From the NCBI RefSeq assembly GCF_024521635.1, contig NW_026250421.1, positions 124,001-188,000 on the forward strand: 64,000 nt of DNA. The letters run 5' to 3'. Below are positions 12,734-25,200 of the stretch, one piece after another. Made by a program: the position numbers and the translations under genes. Position 1 is the stretch's first letter; each line of letters begins with the position of its first letter. Source of the stretch: Tricharina praecox (taxonomy: Eukaryota). Under the pieces are notes generated by a model. The model was not told the origin of the DNA and searched no databases. It saw only the letters and a list, made by a program, of their open reading frames with translations.

Positions 12734-13271
12734 ATGCAGAATTCCCAGCCAGCTCCACCACCTCCTCCACCACCACCGCTGCCGCTGAAAGAGATGACTA
12801 CCAGCATCACCTCCCCCCGCCAATCCGCCAGCTCCTCCGGTACCTCGTGGCAAGCAAAATTCGCGCAGGGCCTTGCGGCTCGCGACCGCCGCGAGAAGGC
12901 GTTCGACGAGATCATCTCCGCTTGTTTGTCCCCGCCCGTCGCTTTCCCCTCCACCACACATATACACACACAGCTGTTAACAAGCTACAGACTCCACGCT
13001 CGCGATCCAGCTGCGGTCGTCACAGCCGGCGCGCGCAGACGCGGAACGTGCACGGCTGGAGCGGCGGTGTAAAGACTATGCGGAAGAGGCGCGGGAGAGA
13101 GAGAGGTTGCTGCAGAAAGCGTTGGATGAACAGGTCGCCCAGGAGCTGGAATTGAATATGGCGTATGAGCGCGAGAAGGCGCTGAAGGAAGATAACGCCG
13201 AGCTCCTCGATCGCTGGATGAAGCTGAAGAAGAAGGAGGCTGATGAGATGAATTTGGCTAGTCAGTGGTAA
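12734..13271 (+). CDS. ATG16: Autophagy protein 16 (coiled coil), 2 exons, intron 12924-12990
   Basis: The N-terminal Atg5-binding helix reads WQAKFAQGLAARDRREKAF. After splicing (GTTTGT...TTAAC...TACAG) the C-terminus reads LELNMAYEREKALKEDNAELLDRWMKLKKKEADEMN, which is typical of Atg16. An alternative start ATG lies at 12794. Confidence 0.85.
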
Positions 13272-16192
13272 TCTGGTGGGCCCGGTGGGTGCGTATTGTG
13301 TAAGTGGTGACATCCGGCGTAGATGTCGAGGGAATGGAAAGATGACTGCGGATCGGTCGGATACGATGCGGAGTGCAGTGCGCTGCGTGAATCATCTGTC
13401 TATCACCGATGCAAACTGTTTGCACTTAACTATCATCCAGTGTTCTGGCCACCGGGAGACGCGCCGGCCGCCTATGCCTCGCTTAGTTATTCTCGTCCGC
13501 CATGGTGTATAGTTGGTAGCCTTTGCCTCCACGTGGTTATGCTTCGTCCCAATTCTCTTGTACTTTACGCTGTCACCTCTAAACCTCACAAAGCATGGAG
13601 CTTGGTAGCATTATCTATCTGGTTGCGGACTTGTCTGACCAGAGCTTCCACTCTCAAGTCTAACACGGCCAAGAAGCTTGAAGTCCACATGAGAAGCTAC
13701 ATACGTAGCAAAAATCCGCGAGTGAAACTCCTCAAGGCTCAGAGACGACAGCGCTATGTATGACTGCTACCTAAAGTTGGAAGGTTAGGCTATAGCTAAG
13801 ATCGGTCCCGTCAGATAGGTACAAGTGTGCCGTCCATACCAGTAGTATGTACAGGTTTCGGGGTCGGATGCGTGGAATATTCTAACGCCACTACCTATCG
13901 CCCGACGGTATGTAGCCTGTAGGGCTGAACCCATCAGCGGAGATCTTTGGCTCTTTGAGTACGGAGGAGGAGCTTGGAAAAGCCAAGTCATTGGCTTCTA
14001 AGTTTTAACCCAACACCCTCCCTCCCACTCACTCATCTTCGCCGTCGACATCAACAACAAGAAGAACATCCATCTTCGGACCGCAGCATTGGCCCATCAA
14101 TAAACGCAACTCACACGGAACTGAAATGCCGACAAGAAGCCCATCCCGCTAGCTCACGTAATGCTGATGATGCCGCCGCCGCTCGCTCACAGGATTCTAC
14201 GGACTGAGGGCGGGCCCGGCCAGCATCACGCCCGGCCGGCCGGCCGGCCGCCGAGGACCCGGTGGATCTTTCCCTAGGGAGATGGAGGGGGAAATGCCAC
14301 GTCTCGTTACCATTGCGCAGCGAGGCTATTGTTGGCAGCTACGCACCTAGTCAAGCACGTCGAGATTTTCGTCCGCGACGGCTGTTCTCGCTCGGTGCTG
14401 GTCCATGGGACGAACTGCATGAACTCCGTCGAAGACGCTCACCGTGGATCACCTTCGGTTTTTGTGGCTCCCTCACTTCGAACGTACCTACTCCAATCGG
14501 AGAATGCCCACTACGGACATTGTATGTAGGAAAGATCAAGCCTTGTGGCCATGTGGCTCTGACGTTAATGATTACCTGCCTAGCTTCATTTCGGGCTTCT
14601 GTGGCTTCCACCCCACCCCACCAGCACCACATCGAAGCATGTATCGAGATGGGGGCACGACGTTAAGCAGGACTGCACCGTGTCGTTATGTCGTCCCCGG
14701 CAGTCACTTCGAGACGAATAAGCATTACCTACTACACAAGCTTCCAAACCCCACTTCACTCCGAGCCGCCCACTTTCCATCCCATCCCACATCAACCAAT
14801 CGCTCACAAGTCCTCCAGCGGCCAGCCACAGCTCGCCTATCCGCTATTTTACTCTTGGATAGCCGATGTGGGGGAGCTTGCACTCGAAGTGGGGCAGCTG
14901 GGTATGAATGTGGGGTAGTTAGTTCCCTACGCACGTATCCAACATACCTCGTACCTCCCGCCCGAGAAGTACCGACCCCACCCCACATGGGCCGGTACGT
15001 AGGGCTGATGCGCTGATCCGACCGTGTCCCTCAGCCACACCCGTATAGTACCTACTCGGTAGGCGTAAAGATAGACGGCCCGGCGTGTCATCTGCGGCTG
15101 AGGGCTGAGCGCACGGCGTCGACGGTCGGGGAGTGAGTCTTCGAAGTTCGGCCGAGAGGTTCGGCCGTATCACGCTCTGTCACTCGAGCGGTCCGTATTT
15201 ATAGTATGATGTAGCCTGCACTGCCCCCCGCACCCTTTCCTGTGGAAGCTGATAATCCATACAGCATGAAACCCTAAGCTTATGGCCGTACCGTGGAAGC
15301 TGAGACGCGCAGAGCCAGCCACAACGCAGGCACCCGGCTTGGTCTTGCACCCCCGGACCCATAGTGAAGTATGCACATACATGATGGAAATACATGCATA
15401 CAAACTTGCATCGCTCAGTGCCCACTGCCCACTGCCCACTGGGCCACTGCCCACTGCAACGAAACTCACCTATCTCCGATACTCTACTCTACCCTACGGT
15501 ACTCTACCGATAGGTACTCTATCTTCCCATCCGGCGATCCCGGCTCCAGAATCCGGATGGAACCCCTGGCGCAACGCAGAGTCGCAAACGATGGATCATG
15601 GATCATGGTACGGACAGCATCTCTTGTGCCCTCCGGAAGTGCCGGGAGTCCGGGACGGGCCCGGGACGGTTCCGTGGGTCTCGGCTCCCGAGTGCCCGGA
15701 ATGCCGCGGCGATTCCATGATTCCACGATTCCACGGGCTTTACAAGTCTCCGAAGTTCCCACAATATATAGCATGTGTGATAGGGTAGGTACTATATGTT
15801 GTATGATATGATGGATATATCGGATGAAATTCAATCCAGCCCAGCCACCCAGCCAAAGTTAACAACAAACTAAACCAGAATATGACCCAAACCAATGTAG
15901 CGTAAAAGTGCCCCTCGTTCAGAACGTGTGTGTGTATCGAGCGAGAGAAGAACCCGTAAGGCTAAGTATCATAAAAGAAGAGTATGAAGCGAACTTTAAA
16001 AGTAAAGTAAAAAAAAAGATGAAAGAAGCAAATGCCTACGAAAACAGTTTGGAGACTCCGCCCACCTCTCCCGCCTCCCAGACTAGATCAGACTAATTGT
16101 TACAGCGAGATACGACTATATCTATCCAATCCAATTAACGCCCCTCCTTGTATGAAATGTGAAAGAAAACGGTATAGTGCGGCAAGTGGTGT

Positions 16193-18415
16193 TCATGACC
16201 ACACGTCCTCCTGTAAACGCGGTAGGTTAGTACATGGTTACGTGACGGGTAAGAGTGTAGGATAGTTGAGGGAACATACCTGGTACAAGTTGCTACTCCG
16301 CAGCCTCTTGACCAAATCGTGGCCTTGCTCCTCCGTCAATCCCCGCTCAGCAGACAAGATCTTGCCGAGCGTGGAGTTGACCTCTCGCGCCATGTGAGCG
16401 GCGTCACCGCAGACATAGAAGAACGCGCCCTGCTTGATGAGCTCGTTGACCTCCTTGGCGTGTTCGCTCAGTCGGTGCTGGACGTAGACCTTTTGTGGTC
16501 CGTCGCGGGAGAAGGCAGTGACCAGCTGGAAGGCATCACCTAGTTTTTCGGCGTATTGCTGTCACATGTTAGCTCGAGCTCGAGCGACAACATCTCGGCA
16601 CAACGGAAAGTTGCAACTTACTTTCCATTCATCCTGGTACAGGAAGTCTTCGCTCTCCTTGCGACATCCAAAGAAGAGAAGTGTCTTTCCAACCTTCTCG
16701 CCCTTCTCCGCGAGGGCGGCGCGCTCCTGGATGAAACCGCGGAAGGGGGCGACACCGGTACCGGGTCCGATCATGATGATCGGCTTAGAGGGGTCGCTGG
16801 GCAGCCTGAAGTTGGAGCTCCGGACATGGACCGGCACGTGAATTCCATCGTACTTGTTGCGGGGTCCAGTGATCGCGTAAGTCAGTCCGTGGGGATCGGG
16901 TGACGGGTCGCCTTCCTGCTTCTGCTTGAGTGCCAAAAGGTAGTTGGTCGTGACACCCTTCAGAACGTGAGGGGCGCCGGGCATGCTGACGCGCTCGACG
17001 ACGGCGGTGATGGTCGGGACCTTGTTATTGACGAGAGACGAGGACGAGATCGAGTAGTAACGGGGCTGGATGCGGTTGAGACCTTCAATGATGATCGAGA
17101 ACGGGACCGCCGACCAGACCTGGTTGGGTGAAACGATTTCGAGAACCTGGGCGATGTTGAGGTAGCGCTGAGAGATGAATTCCGAGAAGTAGGCCTTGTC
17201 GCCTCCGAGGCGGGTCATCTGCTCCTTGGCTCCCTCGGTGGGCGCGAAAGCGGCAAGGGAAGCAACGTACTGACGGGAGACGGGGGCGCAGATTTCGATG
17301 TGGTAACGAACCGCAGCATCGTACGTGGTCGGCGTGGGGAAAGGGACCTTGGAAGTAGAATCGAGACCCTTGACGTCGATGACCTGGTGGCGTTTTTCTT
17401 CCATTCCGAGGACCTTGAAGAGCCGATCGACCTCTGCTCCAGCATTGGTGGGCCAGACCGCCAGGTGATCTCCGGTGGTGTAGGTGAGGTTAGAGTTAGA
17501 CAGATCGATCTCCATGTGAAGGCAATTGCGGCCCTTGACGGTAAAGCATTCCGTGGACTGCTTGATCGGGGCGATGTACGGGTTGTGCGAGTTGTAAGGT
17601 CCGACGGATTTGCCCTCGAGGTGGTTCTTGTTGGGTTCTCCGAGGTACACGATGTCGTCTTCGGGGGTGAGGTCGGGGCGCTCGGTAACGGAGAAGACGG
17701 CCTCGTAAACTGCTTCACGTTCCTCCAGACCCATCTCTTGCTGCAACTCGGTCCACATGGTCTCCTTCCACGACAGGAAGTCCTCCTCCATGGTACCCGC
17801 TCCATCGTCACCTTCTCCGGCAGGACCGATCCTCTTGGCGCCCAGCTTGGAGAGGGACTCATCGATGCGGCGGACGACGGCATTGTAGTGCTCGTAGGTG
17901 TTGTTTCCGAGTCCGAAGGCGACGTATTTGAGGTTGGTGAGAGGCTTTTCCGCGTTGTCTTCCGAGAAGGTGGGTTCGCCGTTGTGGATAAACTCGTAAA
18001 ACTCGACCGCGTTGTCGGTGGGCTCTCCTTCTCCGTAAGTGGCCAAAACGAACACTATAACCTTATCTTCGGGGAAAGTATCGAGGTTCTCGTAATCGTA
18101 ATCTTCGAGGTCCGCAACCATAGTCTTGAGTCCGAAACGTGCTTGTCCTTCCTTGGCTAACCGAGAGGCGTAATCCTCAGCGGTACCGGTCTGCGATCCG
18201 TACAGGATAACCATGTTCTTATCGGACTCGTCCATCTTCTCAATCAAGTTCCTCGTTTTGCCGGACTTGCCGCCGGCACTGAGAGCCTTGTTGTAGGCAT
18301 CGGCGGAAGAGCCGCCCTTCGACCACAAAGTTCCTTTCGTGAAGTACGCGACTGTGCCGAGAAGAAGAATCGCGAGGACAACAATGTCCAGTGTATCGAG
18401 AGGTAGGTCTGCCAT
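16193..18415 (-). CDS. cprA: NADPH-cytochrome P450 reductase, 3 exons
   Basis: N-terminal TM anchor; FMN motifs YGSQTGTAE and ATYGEGEPTDNA; FAD motif PRYYSISSS; NADPH motifs GPGTGVAPFRGF and FYVCGDA; ends YQ|EDVWS*. Confidence 0.97.
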
Positions 18416-20188
18416 CGCTGTGTTTGGAGGGGTGTGAAACACAATGGAGGTGGGGAGGGGGTAGTGGGTAGAGATCAGCAAAGAGTTTTTCTCTCTTTCT
18501 GTCTCGGTAGGAGGGCGGAGGTTGTGGTTGTGATGGAGTGCTCAGAGAAAAGGAGAGACGGAAGCAGGAGCAGTCGTAGTTATGAAGACCCGAATCGGTC
18601 ACACCCAACCGAGGAAAGATTTGAACAGATTGCAACAACCACCAGATGCGCAACCAACAACAACACAAGCCTTCAGGGCAAGCACACACAAATGTATGGA
18701 CTTATGTACCGTGGAGCTAAGTTGAACCGGAAAGGAAAGGAAGCGATTCCACAGAGCAGGGGAGAAGGTGGGATGAGGGTTTCTCGAATGAGAGTGAGGC
18801 GAGGCGGCTTTAAGCGTACAGAGATCGGTGGCAAGCGTCGGGTTCCCGGGTTCGTGCAGTGGGGGGTTGCTGTGGGGGGATGGTTCCGATAGATAATATA
18901 GTAGTAGATATCTCTCCACTCACTCGCTCGTTCGCTTTCTATATATTTATTCTGAACCACCAAATCGAGAAGGATCGAGTAGTTATAGTTCTTACTTCGG
19001 GTGAGTGAGACGGGGAGGAAAGAAGCCTTGCTTGATGACATGAGATGGGGGCGCGGCTTCGACTGATGGTGGCTCGTGAGTGGCCATCTGCCACCTGCCA
19101 TCCGCCATCCGCCGTATGCCATCGCTCTGTCTGTGTCTTTCTGGTACCATAGGCCCAAGTAAATATAGAACTGTTTGACGGCCGAGACAAAAGTTCTCAT
19201 GAGTGCGAAGGAGAGAATACCTGTGCACGTAAAACACGTTCCGCACGGAAAATCCCACTGCCGGAAGAGTGATTCGGAGAAGGCTTATGCTTCCTTGTAC
19301 ATAGCATGCGGACGTGTGTATATAGTAGTAGGCCTCCACATGGTGTTTCGTGGGCCGGGCACAGGCCAAAATAGATCTGCTCGACCTGCTCGGTGGAGAT
19401 GGGCGGCGTGTATGTAACCACTGCAGAGTAACTTCAAAAATCTTCTTGACCTGCTCGTTGGAGATGGGCGACGCACGACTTCAAAGCTGTCACAATGTCG
19501 TTTCAACTCCAGGTGCATATGTTCATACCTATGTACTCAGGTATCCCATAGGTACCGTATTTCTAGACGTTGATCGTCCTGGAATCCTGGATGCGCCGGA
19601 TGTTTCCAAATACCCATCGCCGTCACAAGGCATCTGTTCTTCTCCCGCCTTCCGCGTCCAGAGATCCGAGACACTCGGTTATCTGGTTGTCCCCCGCCAC
19701 CTGATGGTCCGATCAACTGTCGAGCTTTCGCCCTGTGTAACATCGTCGACCAATTCAACCGTCGCAAAGACAGCAACGGGCGTGTCGGATGTTTGCGCGG
19801 GACATCATCCGTGACCGATTGGTGGGGAATTTTGTGGGGTTGGTTTGCGGGGTAGCTTCTTGGTACTACATATTGTGCTCTAGCCATATAGCTACCGGTA
19901 CTTGGGTTTGCCGAGACGGCGGTCGGGTTCTCCTCTTGGACGTGGGGATGGATATACGGTTTGATACCGATACTAGCTCACGTGCAATGGAGCCCGGAAT
20001 GCTTCCGCTGCACTTTGGGGAAGACCCGCTGTAAGGTGGGTCTGTAGATTACGCTTCCTGCATGACAACAGGGCGCGTGCTCGATCTCCTCGCCTACCTA
20101 GTAGCTGACCACCGGGCACCGGCTGTGGGATCTTTTTGGTGGTGTCAGTAGCTCTCACTCGTTTCACAATGCCAAGTCTCCCACTACC

Positions 20189-20195
20189 TATAAAA
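20189..20195 (+). promoter_or_regulatory. TATA box (TATAAAA) of the U1 snRNA gene
   Basis: Starts 45 nt upstream of the ATACTTACC 5' end, followed by a pyrimidine-rich spacer. Confidence 0.7.
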
Positions 20196-20233
20196 TCCTC
20201 CACCCTCCTCCTACTCTCCTTCTTTTCTTTTTC

Positions 20234-20370
20234 ATACTTACCTTGACACGAGCTTGTTGGCTCACTAAGCAGTGAGCTCCGGAAGCGACGACCCCCATTG
20301 CACAGAGAGGGTCAAAGCCTTTGCGAAACGTCTTCGGATCTTTCGGTGTCGCAATTTTTGATTTCTTTCT
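20234..20370 (+). ncRNA. U1: U1 spliceosomal snRNA (3' end approximate)
   Basis: 5' ATACTTACCT splice-site recognition sequence; helix H GACAC/GTGTC; SL1 GAGCTTGTTG-[GCTCACTAAG]-CAGTGAGCTC; SL2 GACCC...ATTGCAC...GGGTC with the U1A loop; SL3 capped by C(TTCG)G; Sm site AATTTTTG at 20353-20360. Confidence 0.92.
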
Positions 20371-22217
20371 CTCCTATGATGTGTATAGTATTTTTATTGT
20401 TGCTTGGGCGAGTCCGAGGCTGCGAGGAAGATACATCCATATACATACCAAATCAGGTAAGGAGGAGATGCACAACCCGTGGTAGATTTCGAAGGAGGCT
20501 ATGGGTGATCAGTGATTCACTCGTCGTCATAGATGTCACGCGAAAGAGATAACTTGCCCCCGGTTTCAGGCGATCACCGCGGGCCGCTCGACGAGAGCCG
20601 GGTCGGACACTGGATGGGAAACGGAGTGTGCGTATTGCCATGATCTAGTTGGGTCGCATGATGCAATCACTGATCAAACAGAACCCGCGGGCCGGAGGTG
20701 TCCGACAAAATCACACCCCTTCACCGAGCGTCACCCCCGTTTACGTTGCATTCATCGAATCTTGTCTACATCTTTCCATCCGTACAATGGCAAGAATCGT
20801 GAGGCCATTTCCAATCCATCTGCATGTTTCCCCGAGTGACATCATGTGTTTACACTCGCTTTTGGTATGTACCACATACTGGAAACATCTTCTGGAAGCC
20901 TGCTCGTACTATATAGGTACTTACTTACCCAGCAGGCACAATCATGGCCTCCTCTGGGAAGCCCCCGATAACCAAGTAGATAACCCAATACTCTCCATCC
21001 CACGTGTCACCACTACCTACATCGGCAAACACGTCCCAATCCCTCCCGCCCACTCGCTGCCCCCAATCGACAAGCCCGTACGTATGTACTGGCCTCACTG
21101 TACTGGTACATAGCCCACCCACACTACAGTACTTCGATCGCCGGGTGGAAGGGGGTTCACAAGGAAGGCGGCCGGTCTACATACGATGCTGTTTACACCG
21201 CCAGAATCCACTGGAAACATACCAAACCCCAACGGAGTCGATATATACCAGAAAAGGACGGCATAGGGATAACTGCAAGATAAAGGGCGGTATCCTCGCT
21301 ACCGACAACCGCTCGAACGGGCAGGAGTGGATCGCCTGTCTACTACATAGTTATACCGGTAGCCTGGCAACGTCCGACCGAGTGGCGCCGCATCTGGAGG
21401 TTTTATTACGGTGGATACCTAGATACCTACTCCGCGCAGGTGCGCGGTGCGATTGTGTCTCTGGAGATTAGGGGAAAAAACGAACCTCAAAATGACCATG
21501 TGGCATGAGAATGATGAACCCCCCTGCAATTGCCGTCCGTGCACCCAGCAGAAACTCAAGATTCGGGAGAGGCACCCACGGAAGAACAGCTGAGTGGCTA
21601 TTATCAGTTACTGGAGTCTGGAATACGGGAGCAGAACTTTGTTGCTACGATAGAACGGCCCGGAAGGTTTTGGAGGGCTTCGATAAGTACAAAGTACCTA
21701 CTTGCGAGGAGGTTATGGTACCAGTAGTGGAACGACATGTCATTCGTGGTCGTAAGGTGCTCAGGTTTGAATATCCGGCGGAGTCTCACCGTCAGTAGAG
21801 AGGAAATGATAGTAATAATGATGGTTAATGTCCACTTCCTACCGGCGGTATGTGTAGTAGGCCCAGGATTGTCTGGAATGTTCCATTTTATCGGAGGGAG
21901 TTCTATGAAGTTTGTACTTGCGCTGCACCATGACTCCATAGAAATCTAACAATCTTCTCTCTGCTTAAGAATATTCTAAAGGAATCACTCCATTTCCCTA
22001 ACCTAACCGGATGCATGCTATAACAGAAAACATAAACGATTGCATAAAGGCATTATAAGAGACACACTCAAGTTGGTATGTACTGGTACAAGACAAGTAG
22101 AAAAGAGGGAAAGGGAATGATATGTAGAGCGGAATGGAGAGAAAAAAAGAAAAAGAAGAAAAAGAAAAAGCGCACTCGCGTTACCAGCCGGGACCACCAT
22201 CATTTCCAGCCTCTCCT

Positions 22218-25200
22218 CTACAAACCACTCTCCCCCTCCTCCTCCTCCTCTTGCTCACCATCCTCCTCATCTGTAAGCTTTTCCTCCACATCCTCCACCG
22301 TTGGTTCCTCCTCCTTACACGAGCACAACGCCGCGATCTCCACCTCCCCCAAACCCGCCAACTTCTTCAATGCAATCTCCGCCGCGGCAACACGCGCAGC
22401 TTTGATTGAATCGGCATTTGCCCCTGCAAAGACCTTTCCGTGAACGACAACCGCTGCAAAGTTGGTCACATACTCGGCAGTCTTAACTTGGTCTGAGTCC
22501 CAACCCCATTTTTGGCAACCGAGGACCTCAAGTTTTTTGGTTAGGAAAGTGGTCGGATGCTGGCCTGCGAAATCTATTTCTTTGGATTAGTATATCGAAA
22601 GCGGAGAGGATCGGGGAAGACATACTATCGTACATGCTCATGTCCGTGAAGAAGTAGCGGATGTGATTGTTGAAAAAGTCTTGGACCAGGGAATAGTCGA
22701 ACTTGGAGTCGACGAACAGAGCGCCGATGAAGGCTTCGAGAACATCAGGAAGAATCTCTGGAGAATGTATGGTCAGCTAAGCGGGTAGATTAGAGGGTCG
22801 GGGTGCCTACTGGGCGGGTCCTCGATTCCATTATCCATCCAGAAATTCAGTTTTGTAGATCGTTCTTTTGCTTCGAGCAGAGTGCTGGCATATTTATCGA
22901 TTGCACCATCCAGCGAGCCACTCATCTTCCGGATCCTCTTGTGAAAACCGAGCAGGACACAGATGGCTCCTAGAAAACGATTCGAGACCATTGCCATCTT
23001 GTGCTCCGTGAGCCACTGGGGATTGGCCTCCGGATGGGCCAAGAAAATGTGGTCCACACACGCCAGGTCGAGAAGCGCATCGCCTATGAGTGGTTAGCGA
23101 CAGCCAGAGAAACAATATATATGGGAGCAGTGATCACTTACCTAAGAATTCAAGCCTCTGGTACGAAGGCACCCTCTCGAAGGTAAACGGATTGGAGGGG
23201 TGAGTGAATGCCGACATTAGAAGCTTTGGCGAATCGAAGCGGTAGCCGAATTGCTCCGCAATGTCATCGGCAAGCTTCGTTTGAATAGCCGTGGGTTTGG
23301 CCAATTGATAGTCAGGAATCTTATATTGCTGGTAGTATTGATCGAAAGACTGCTGGTTGTGATGCTCGGTTCTCAGCAGCGAGGTGACCATCTTCGTTGC
23401 GCCATCGTGGCCAAGGCCGATAAGCGCAGCTCCGATCAGAGCCTCGCAAACATCAGCAACCGACTTGTCTCCGAGACTCACAATACGTGAGCCCACTGCG
23501 TCGAGTCCAGACTTCTTTCCGTGGAGCAGCCTCATGTGAGGGTACCAAGTACGCCTTGAGAAACCTAGAGTCTGAATGAAATCTGGAATGCCAATCAACA
23601 TCGCTTTCTGGAAGAGATTCTGGTTGCAAATGAGGATCATGCGCTGAACGTGGAGCTGAAACTCGTTGTTCGAATGGGACTCGCAGTACAGACTGATTGA
23701 TGTGGCGAGCTTAAGATAGCAGTCGCCGAGGAATTCGAGACGCTCGTAATTGGCACCTATGCCTCTACGCTTCTCCACAGTAATTATGTTTGTGTTCTCG
23801 GAATCCTTGGTGATAGCTTCGAGTGCCAGATTTAATTCCAGCTGGTCCAATCCCAATTTCATATCCGCATCAAGCCTCCTGAGCAGCTCCCAAGCGTGGA
23901 GGTATGCGTCGATGCGCGTGCTGACAGCGGGAAATATGACAGCGGATCTAACCAGGCTTGCGGGTAATATTGAGATCATGAAGTTGGACGGAGTAATGAC
24001 TGCATCGTACACGAGTGACTTGTCTTTCTCGGTAGGAGGGTCCAAGAAGTTGAGGCGGTGCAAAAGGCGTTCTGCACGAAATACCGGCTCCTTTTCAGGA
24101 ATATCCCACTTGACACCGCCCCACTTCTTGCGCTTTCCAGCATTGTAGCTGTAGTCTTGGATGCTGTCGAAGTAATCGTGGCCAGTGATCGATTCTGGGA
24201 CTGCATCCTGGGAATTGAGCTCAGGTATAACCTCATGAGCAAAAAATCGACGTGATTTGTCAAGTTTATCCACCCAGTATCTGTCTCGGATATGGTGGAG
24301 ATTATCAGCGGTCAAGTCAAGGAATAACTCCCGGTCAGCAGCAACCCGTCCAATCAGCTCCCAATCTAGAACATCGGCCGCCCTCGGCTTTTCATCAAAC
24401 TTGTAGCCAATCACAGGCGCAAACCAGTATCGAAGAGTTTCATAGGACATTTCAAAGTGTTTGTTGAATACATCCGTGAATACCCGATTGGTGAATGTGG
24501 TCAGTAGTTCCACTTGTGCATTTGTGAGCTCGAACGGTTCTTCAAGTCGGGTTATCTTCACCTTTGAATTCCCGCCTCTGGTACCGTAGACATCGAAAAG
24601 AGACATTTTGGGTAGTTTTTCTCGGGTTCCGATGCAAAGTGGCTGCATTGCATCGCCTAGAAACATCTCATGAGGCTCCTCAACGGTGATTATTGCGATC
24701 CAGAGCTTTGTTGGCGCTGTTCCATCCTTGATGTCCCAAAAAGCGGGCTTTCGACGGAGAGTATATGTGTTTCTCTTTTTTGTGTCGACAGCAAGACGAG
24801 CGTTGGCATACTTGGGAAGTATCTTCCGGCGGACGGGGGGCAGAAAGTGCCCATTGATCGCTCTCTGTTTCCGAAGAAGCAGTACTGTCTCGAAGGCTGC
24901 TGCTCTCTTGGCGAGAGCTCTCGTCCTTTGGGGCTTGCACTCATACACTCTAATAGGGGAGCCTTCCGGTAGAATCAATTGGCAAGTAAATTGTCCACAT
25001 CCAGCCGGCCGCACGACATATATTGGTGGTGAGCTGGCTTCGCCGTACCCAGTATTCTGGGTTAAGTTAGCCATCTAGAGACACGAGCGAGTAAGAGGAG
25101 GTGCCTTACCAAATGTGCGGCGTATGTCGAGATGAACTGCATGGCTAAACTGTGAGTCAATTTGGCTCCAGTTTCTTCCTCATTATAGTAGAGCTCGTTG

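Noticed and set aside
17215..18160. Long alternative-frame and antisense ORFs over cprA (likewise over dynein, TRS85, BUD3 and WDR48)
   Set aside because: These are shadow ORFs caused by the codon bias of the real genes.
21004..21949. Possible small gene between U1 and the dcl1 3' end
   Set aside because: No recognisable motif and no consistent exon structure could be built.
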